DNA of 64,000 nucleotides from an uncultured Pseudomonadota bacterium (GTDB lineage Bacteria; Pseudomonadota; Alphaproteobacteria; Rs-D84): NCBI GenBank assembly GCA_946613885.1, contig CAMOGA010000001.1, positions 23,640 to 87,639 of the forward strand, read 5' to 3'. Shown piece by piece: positions 57,986 to 64,000 of this stretch (position 1 is its first letter; each line of letters starts with the position of its first letter). The notes under the pieces were generated by a model. It saw only the letters and a program-made list of their open reading frames with translations, ran no database searches and was not told where the DNA came from. The position numbers and the translations under genes were made by a program.

Positions 57986-59288
57986 ATTTTTGTTTTTAAT
58001 ATTGTGCGGATTCTTGGTTATTCCAAACGCATTTGCAATGAATTTATCTTTGAACGATGCCATTGATAAAATTATTGCAGAATCTAACGATGTAAAAATT
58101 GCAGATGCAAATATTAAAAAAGCACGCGCCCAACTGGGTACAGTAAATGCAAACCGTTGGATGACAATTGATGGAACTGTTTCATATATGAATTTGATTG
58201 ACCCAATTCGTCCGACCAGTGATGACGGTATTCGGATTCCGGCCGAAATTGGTGCTATGTTAGAAAATTCAGGATTAAAAATGGGACAAATTCCAGACAA
58301 TATGTTTTCCGCAGGAATACAGATTACCCAACCCATATATACTTTTGGAAAAATCGGAAATGCAGTTGATGCAATGCACGATGCGATTGATATGTATAAA
58401 TCATCCAAAGATTTAACCATGCGCGAGGTTAAATATGCCGCTGCAAACCTGTATTGGACGGCAAAAATGACCGATGAAATTGTTAACGCCAGTCAAAAAA
58501 ATCTGGATAATGCACGTGCAGCACGTACAAAATTAACTGCCGCTGGTCGTGCAAACCGCAGCAATTTAATTCAAATTGAATCTGAAATCGCAACCAAAGA
58601 AATAAATTTGTCTAATGCTAAATTTGATCGCGATACTGCATATCGTATGTTAAAAATTATGGCTGGAATTGATGCAAACAAAGAAATTATTTTAACTGAT
58701 AATTTTCCTGATTCTTTTGAACCATTACAAAAAAAAGAATTAAAATCTAATCCGGAATGGGACATTTATCAAAAACAAATTCAAATGTATGAATCAAATG
58801 CTTCATCAAAACGTTCTGGCGGATATCCGACATTGGCGGCGGTCGGTTCTTATTCTTACAATTCAATGGGTAATGATGTGGGGCATATGTTTGACAAAGA
58901 GGGTTCCCAATCTGCATACATTGGTTTAGCATTACAAATCCCATTATTTAACGGCGGATTACATTCTGCAAATGCCACAGTCGAGGCAATGAATGCAGAA
59001 TCAGCACGTCAAAATCTGGAAAAATCTAAAAAATTAAAAACCGAAGAATATAACACTGCGGTGGACAAATACAAACATTTATGTGATAATCTGGAAAAAT
59101 TAAATAATGCATATAATCTGACACAGAAAGCATACGATGTATCTGTTAATCGTTTCGCAGCTGGACAAACATCCGCAATTGAATTATCTGATGTTTCTGG
59201 TGCTTTATATCAAATGGATATGGCATTATTAAACGCAAAATATAATATTTTAATGGCCGGCGAATCTGTAAAAAAACTAGGTGAATAA
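57978..59288 (+). CDS. TolC-like outer membrane efflux protein (OEP family).
   Basis: Signal peptide. Duplicated alpha/beta repeat architecture. Length 436 aa. Operon context with the adaptor and RND genes. Confidence 0.75.
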   Translation: MRKFLFLILCGFLVIPNAFAMNLSLNDAIDKIIAESNDVKIADANIKKARAQLGTVNANRWMTIDGTVSYMNLIDPIRPTSDDGIRIPAEIGAMLENSGLKMGQIPDNMFSAGIQITQPIYTFGKIGNAVDAMHDAIDMYKSSKDLTMREVKYAAANLYWTAKMTDEIVNASQKNLDNARAARTKLTAAGRANRSNLIQIESEIATKEINLSNAKFDRDTAYRMLKIMAGIDANKEIILTDNFPDSFEPLQKKELKSNPEWDIYQKQIQMYESNASSKRSGGYPTLAAVGSYSYNSMGNDVGHMFDKEGSQSAYIGLALQIPLFNGGLHSANATVEAMNAESARQNLEKSKKLKTEEYNTAVDKYKHLCDNLEKLNNAYNLTQKAYDVSVNRFAAGQTSAIELSDVSGALYQMDMALLNAKYNILMAGESVKKLGE

Positions 59289-59289
59289 A

Positions 59290-59907
59290 ATGACAAAAAC
59301 TGAATATATTGAAAATATAGTAAAAAAATTAAAAACACGTAAATCTAAAAATGTGATTTACACTGTCGTGATAACCGCAATAATCGCGGTATTCGGTTAT
59401 CGGTTTTATTCTGTTGCGATGGAAAATAATTTTAATGTATTCAATATAACACGCAATAATGAAACAATCGGGACACCGGTCAAAGTACTAGAAATGCAAC
59501 CAACAGACGGCATTTTATACGAACCATTGACGGTAAAAAATAATACTGCATTTGTATCTGGTGCACGCGTACACATTTTTAAACCTGGACAATCTGCCAA
59601 TAAATGCAAAATCGTTTCTGTATCAAATAACATTGATTTAGATTCTGGTATGTATATTATTAAAACATCAAATTGTTCTGATGGATTACAATATATTGCG
59701 CACAAACACAACGGATTTTATATTCCAATATCTGCGATAACTGGAAATACTGTATATATTGCAGACGGCGATGTTGCACGTGCAATCAATATTGAAATTG
59801 AAAATCGTGACATGCAAAATGCACTGATAAAATCTGGAATAAAATCTGGCGATATAGTAATTTTATCAGACATCCAAAACAATCAAAAAATTAAAATCGT
59901 AAAATAA
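59290..59907 (+). CDS. Short periplasmic adaptor (MFP-like) protein, 205 aa, apparently lacking the alpha-helical hairpin.
   Basis: N-terminal transmembrane anchor. Beta-rich periplasmic part. Position between tolC-like and RND genes. AGGTGA Shine-Dalgarno sequence 7 nt upstream of ATG 59290. Confidence 0.5.
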   Translation: MTKTEYIENIVKKLKTRKSKNVIYTVVITAIIAVFGYRFYSVAMENNFNVFNITRNNETIGTPVKVLEMQPTDGILYEPLTVKNNTAFVSGARVHIFKPGQSANKCKIVSVSNNIDLDSGMYIIKTSNCSDGLQYIAHKHNGFYIPISAITGNTVYIADGDVARAINIEIENRDMQNALIKSGIKSGDIVILSDIQNNQKIKIVK

Positions 59908-59928
59908 TTCAGCCAAAGGAAAATCAAC

Positions 59929-62900
59929 ATGTTAAAATTCTTTATTCGTAAACCGGTCACAACCATAATGTTTGTATTATTTTTTGTGACATTGGGAATT
60001 GTATCTTTTCCGAAAATGAATATTGAACGCACACCATCTGTGGATTTTCCATATGTGACGGCAACGTTTATTTATCCTGGCGCGACCCCAGAAGAACTGG
60101 AAAGTCAGGTTGTAAAACGTGCAGAAAACGCAATGTCAGAAGTGGCAGGTGTAAAAAAAATCACTTCGCAAATTTATGAAAACAGCGCATTTGTTATATC
60201 TGAATTTAATCTGGGTGTGAACGTTGATGACAAGGCAAACGAAGTCAAGGCAAAGATAGATGGTTTGGCTAATGATTTTCCAGATGATTTAAAACAACCT
60301 GTGATTGCAAAATTGAACCCATTACAGACACCTGTGTTGGATATTGTTATTCGTGGTGGCAATCCACGTGATATTGAAAAATATATTACTGATACATTAT
60401 CAAACAAAGTGACCGCGATCAAAGGTGTTGCGTCTGTAAATACTTTTGGTGGGCAACAACGTGCTGTCCGTATTGCAATGGATCCAGATTTAATGGCTGC
60501 ATATGGTGTCACAATTAATGATGTTGTTTCTGCAATTGCAATGCGTAATTTAAATGTACCTGGTGGTAAAATCGAAACAGATATTAATTCTGAAAATGTC
60601 CGTTTTGTTGGTGAATTCAAAACCATCGATGAAATTGCAAATCTAGAAATAACCACAGTAGAAGGTGAAACGTTCAAAATATCCGATGTTGCATCTGTAA
60701 GTGATGCAATGCGTGACATTGAAAAAGGCGCAATTCACAATGGTGAAAATGTTGTAATTATGTCCGTGGTCAAAGCAAGTGATGGTAATGCTATCAAAAT
60801 ATCAAATGCTTTACGCGCAAAGATGTCTGAATTTGAATCAGATTTACAATCACATTTTCCAGATGCAACCATGCAAATCGTATCTGATTCTTCAACCCAT
60901 ATATCTCAGGATACAAATGATACAATAAACGGTATTATTTTGGGTGTTATATTAACTATTTTGGTTTTATTAGCATTTACACGCAATTGGCGTTCAACAA
61001 TAATCGCAGGTGTTGTGATTCCTGCATCACTGTTATCAGGTTTTTTCTTGATGAGTGGTTCTGGATTTACAATCAACGCGATGACATTGTTGGCATATGC
61101 GACTGCATTGGGAACATTGGTGTCAAACGCAATTATTTTAATTGAATCCGCGTTAAGTGAATTACGTGCTGGCAAAACACCAGAGGTTGCCGCAGAAGAA
61201 GGAACGCGCAAGGTTGCAATTCCTGTTTTGGCTGGTGTTGGCACAAATGTCGTAGTGTTCTTGCCATTGGCATTTATGGGCGGAATTGTGGGTCAATTTA
61301 TGTTGCAATTTGGTATGACAGTGGTGTATTTAACATTATTATCATTACTGTTCTCATTTACTTTAACACCAATGATGATTGCAAAATTATTGCGTTTACC
61401 GGCACACAAACAAACGAAACAAGAGATAAAAGAAAATCGTGAACACAATGATAAATCACGCCTGCATACATGGTATAATTTTCAATCACGTCATCCATGG
61501 ATGGTAATAGTGGGTGCATTTGTTGTATTGATTATGTCTGCACAATTAATGAAATTTGTCGGTAATGAATTTTCACCATCCACAGATGCAAATGAAATCA
61601 CAATTACGGCACGTACCCCAATGGGCAGTGTTTATTCTAAATCAGAAACCGTTGCAAAAGAAATTGAACAACGTTTACAACAATTCCCTGAAATAGAATC
61701 AACAACAATAAAAATTGGCGACAATGGCCTGCAAAACATCAGCATCAAGGTTTCATTGGTTGATGTTGAAAAACGTGATATATCTGATAAAAAATTGGCA
61801 CAGAAAATATTACCTGTATTATCAGATATTCCAGATGCAGAAATTCAAATTCGTGCCGGCGAAAATATGAGTGGTGCCGGTATCAGTTCTGATTTGGTAT
61901 TAAACATCTATGGCGCAGATGATGCAAAACGCAACGCATATGCGCAACAATTAATTGAACAAATAAATAATATTGATGCAGTGCAAAGTGCGGTTTTAGC
62001 ACAACAATTACCCGCCAACGAAATTCGTTTCATCCCAGACGATGAAAAAATGAATTTCTGGGGTGTAAAAAATGCCCAGGCAGGTTCTACATTACGTACT
62101 GCATTATTTGGAAATGACACGTATAAATACAAAGAAAACGGTGATGAATATCCAATTATTTTGGAATTTGAAAAACAATTCAAAAAACAATCTATGTTTG
62201 ACAGTGTTTATGTTGCTTCGCGCAAAGGCATGGTCGCTTTATCACAACTGGGCAGTATAGAAAGCGTTCCTGCAACATCAAACATTTATCGTATTGATAA
62301 AAACCGTATAACAGAAATTGATATTAACATTGGTAAATCAACAATTGGACCTGTTCAGGCACAAATTCAAAAACACATTGATGCGATAAATTGGGAAAAC
62401 GGATACAGTGCATCATTTGCAGGGATGTCTGAAATTCAATCAGATTCTACATCTGAAATTGCCCAGGCCTTTTTGTTAGCAACTATATTAACATTTATGT
62501 TATTGGCGGCAATTATGAATTCGTTTATACATCCGTTTACTATTGCGACATCAATCATAACCAGTTTTGCCGGCGTATTTATTGTTCTGTTTTTATCAGG
62601 TGCATCCATGAACGTTGGTGCGATGTTGGCATTTATTATGTTGGTTGGATTGGTGGTGAACAACAATATTTTGGTATTGGAACCAACGGTTGCACGCGTG
62701 CAACGCGGTGAAGATGCAAAAACAGTATTATGGTCTGAATTAATGGACAAAAAGCGTATGATTTGGATGACAACAATCGCAGTTGTTGCCGGAATGATAC
62801 CTCAGTTATGGTCAAATGACGGATTAAAGGTTGCAATGGGTGCGGTTATGATTGGTGGTATGTGTGCATCTTTGATATGGACATTTACATTAACACCTGC

Positions 62901-62946
62901 GTTGTTCTTTGTAATGGAAAAATTACGTAACAGATTAAACAAATAA
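59929..62946 (+). CDS. RND family efflux transporter (AcrB-like), 1005 aa.
   Basis: Twelve transmembrane helices and two large periplasmic loops. The N-terminus MLKFFIRKPVTTIMFVLFFVTLGIVSF is typical of AcrB. AAAGGAAAA Shine-Dalgarno sequence upstream. Confidence 0.9.
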   Translation: MLKFFIRKPVTTIMFVLFFVTLGIVSFPKMNIERTPSVDFPYVTATFIYPGATPEELESQVVKRAENAMSEVAGVKKITSQIYENSAFVISEFNLGVNVDDKANEVKAKIDGLANDFPDDLKQPVIAKLNPLQTPVLDIVIRGGNPRDIEKYITDTLSNKVTAIKGVASVNTFGGQQRAVRIAMDPDLMAAYGVTINDVVSAIAMRNLNVPGGKIETDINSENVRFVGEFKTIDEIANLEITTVEGETFKISDVASVSDAMRDIEKGAIHNGENVVIMSVVKASDGNAIKISNALRAKMSEFESDLQSHFPDATMQIVSDSSTHISQDTNDTINGIILGVILTILVLLAFTRNWRSTIIAGVVIPASLLSGFFLMSGSGFTINAMTLLAYATALGTLVSNAIILIESALSELRAGKTPEVAAEEGTRKVAIPVLAGVGTNVVVFLPLAFMGGIVGQFMLQFGMTVVYLTLLSLLFSFTLTPMMIAKLLRLPAHKQTKQEIKENREHNDKSRLHTWYNFQSRHPWMVIVGAFVVLIMSAQLMKFVGNEFSPSTDANEITITARTPMGSVYSKSETVAKEIEQRLQQFPEIESTTIKIGDNGLQNISIKVSLVDVEKRDISDKKLAQKILPVLSDIPDAEIQIRAGENMSGAGISSDLVLNIYGADDAKRNAYAQQLIEQINNIDAVQSAVLAQQLPANEIRFIPDDEKMNFWGVKNAQAGSTLRTALFGNDTYKYKENGDEYPIILEFEKQFKKQSMFDSVYVASRKGMVALSQLGSIESVPATSNIYRIDKNRITEIDINIGKSTIGPVQAQIQKHIDAINWENGYSASFAGMSEIQSDSTSEIAQAFLLATILTFMLLAAIMNSFIHPFTIATSIITSFAGVFIVLFLSGASMNVGAMLAFIMLVGLVVNNNILVLEPTVARVQRGEDAKTVLWSELMDKKRMIWMTTIAVVAGMIPQLWSNDGLKVAMGAVMIGGMCASLIWTFTLTPALFFVMEKLRNRLNK

Positions 62947-62953
62947 ACAACAT

Positions 62954-62990
62954 AAAAAAATCCCCGAAACTTATTCGGGGATTTTTTTTA
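62954..62990. terminator. Bidirectional rho-independent terminator.
   Basis: aaaaaaatccccgaa-actt-attcggggatttttttt. Confidence 0.75.
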
Positions 62991-64000
62991 TTTTACTGTT
63001 TTTTTAATCACATACATTTGGAATATACCAAATAAATTAGACACAGTCCAATACAACACTAACCCAGCCGGCATCCACGCAAACATCACAGTAAACAACA
63101 CAGGCATCCATTTCATAACACGTTGTGTTGTTGCCATTGGATCATTTGGATTATTTGATGTTTTTGGTGTTTGTAAATATTGTTGCAACCACATCGTTGC
63201 ACCCATTAAAATTGGCAATATCAAATAAGGGTCCATTACCGCCAAATCTGAAATCCATAAAAAATGTGCAGACCGCATTGGAACAGATATCAACAATGCC
63301 TTGTATAACGCAAAGAAAATAGGTATCTGAATCAACATTGGCAAACAACCAGACATTGGCGATGTTTTATGTGTTTGATATACGCGCATCATTTCGACCT
63401 GCAGGCGTGCTTTATCATTTGCATATAATTTCTGCACACGTTGTAATTCTGGTTGCATACGTTGCATTTTCATTGTTGAAACATATGATTTACGTGTCAA
63501 CGGCCAAATCAGAACACGTAAAATCAATGTCATCAAAATAATCGCAATACCATAATTACCAACCAAAGCATTTAACCAATTTATCATCCACAACATTGGT
63601 TGTGCAAAAAACCAGAACCAACCATAATCCATTGTTTTTTCTATACCTGGAATTTTATTTGCCGCAGCATTTAAAATGCCAGATTCACGTGGACCTGTAA
63701 AAACATAGGTATTAATAGTATTTTCTGATTTCGGTGCAATTTTTATTGGTGCGGCATTTGTTTGTGCAAAATACAAATCCCCACTTTTCTTTAAACTGAT
63801 TGTCTGGTCTGGTGAATCAATCGATGCGATTGTTTCCCAGTATTGTTCTGCAAACCCCAACGAACCATGAACCGTCGAATATGCCACAGATTTTTTATTC
63901 AATTTATTCCAATTTGTATAATCTAATTTTGAATTTGCATAAACAACACCACCTGTTTCAACCACAGAAGATGTTTGATTATCAGATGACACAACCATAT
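62988..64000 (-). CDS. yidC: Membrane protein insertase YidC, partial: its start lies beyond the window end.
   Basis: Conserved C-terminal transmembrane core (ILMTLILRVLIWPLT...MQPELQRVQKLY...LPMLIQIPIFFALY...LYWTVSNLFGIFQ). The frame remains open at position 64000. Confidence 0.85.
   Translation of the reverse strand, partial: MVVSSDNQTSSVVETGGVVYANSKLDYTNWNKLNKKSVAYSTVHGSLGFAEQYWETIASIDSPDQTISLKKSGDLYFAQTNAAPIKIAPKSENTINTYVFTGPRESGILNAAANKIPGIEKTMDYGWFWFFAQPMLWMINWLNALVGNYGIAIILMTLILRVLIWPLTRKSYVSTMKMQRMQPELQRVQKLYANDKARLQVEMMRVYQTHKTSPMSGCLPMLIQIPIFFALYKALLISVPMRSAHFLWISDLAVMDPYLILPILMGATMWLQQYLQTPKTSNNPNDPMATTQRVMKWMPVLFTVMFAWMPAGLVLYWTVSNLFGIFQMYVIKKTVK

Overview
This window reads as an AT-rich alphaproteobacterial chromosome segment. 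IHF-alpha, rpoB/rpoC and mraZ residues point to Alphaproteobacteria. Low GC, a fast-evolving rpoB and abundant secreted Cys-rich proteins are compatible with a Rickettsiales/Holosporales-like intracellular lineage; that placement is inferred, not proven.

Core backbone, minus strand, in classic order: tRNA-Trp, secE, nusG, rplK, rplA, rplJ, rplL, rpoB, rpoC, with the rplJ leader and an rplL-rpoB attenuator hairpin. Other housekeeping genes: rpmF-plsX, an orphan mraZ, proS, olsB-olsA (ornithine lipid synthesis), ihfA, hemW, a Gln102-type L-lactate dehydrogenase, a short Pta-family acyltransferase, U32 and M13 peptidases, mltB, cvpA, a periplasmic CPHC thioredoxin-fold protein, tRNA-Thr(UGU), tRNA-Arg(CCU), and the 3' part of yidC at the window edge.

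Accessory content is dense:
- An isolated type IV secretion core module, VirB8-like, VirB9-like and VirB10 (51804..56479).
- Divergently next to it, a 1049-aa surface protein with BspA-type leucine-rich repeats, Listeria-Bacteroides 'GYxFxGW' repeats and a triplicated Cys-rich module encoded by near-identical DNA repeats.
- A paralogous family of secreted proteins with glycine-zipper segments flanking cvpA and the dsbA-like gene, one of them translationally coupled to a trypsin-like protease with a poly-Asn tail.
- An exact 48-bp intergenic repeat present twice.
- An 817-aa protein with LRR-like repeats and a KKRRRR motif resembling a nuclear localisation signal.
- Several C-terminal-Phe beta-barrel outer membrane proteins and multiple Cys-rich secreted proteins.
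- A marR-tolC-MFP-RND efflux operon with an unusually short adaptor protein.

No CRISPR arrays, transposases or integrases were recognised.
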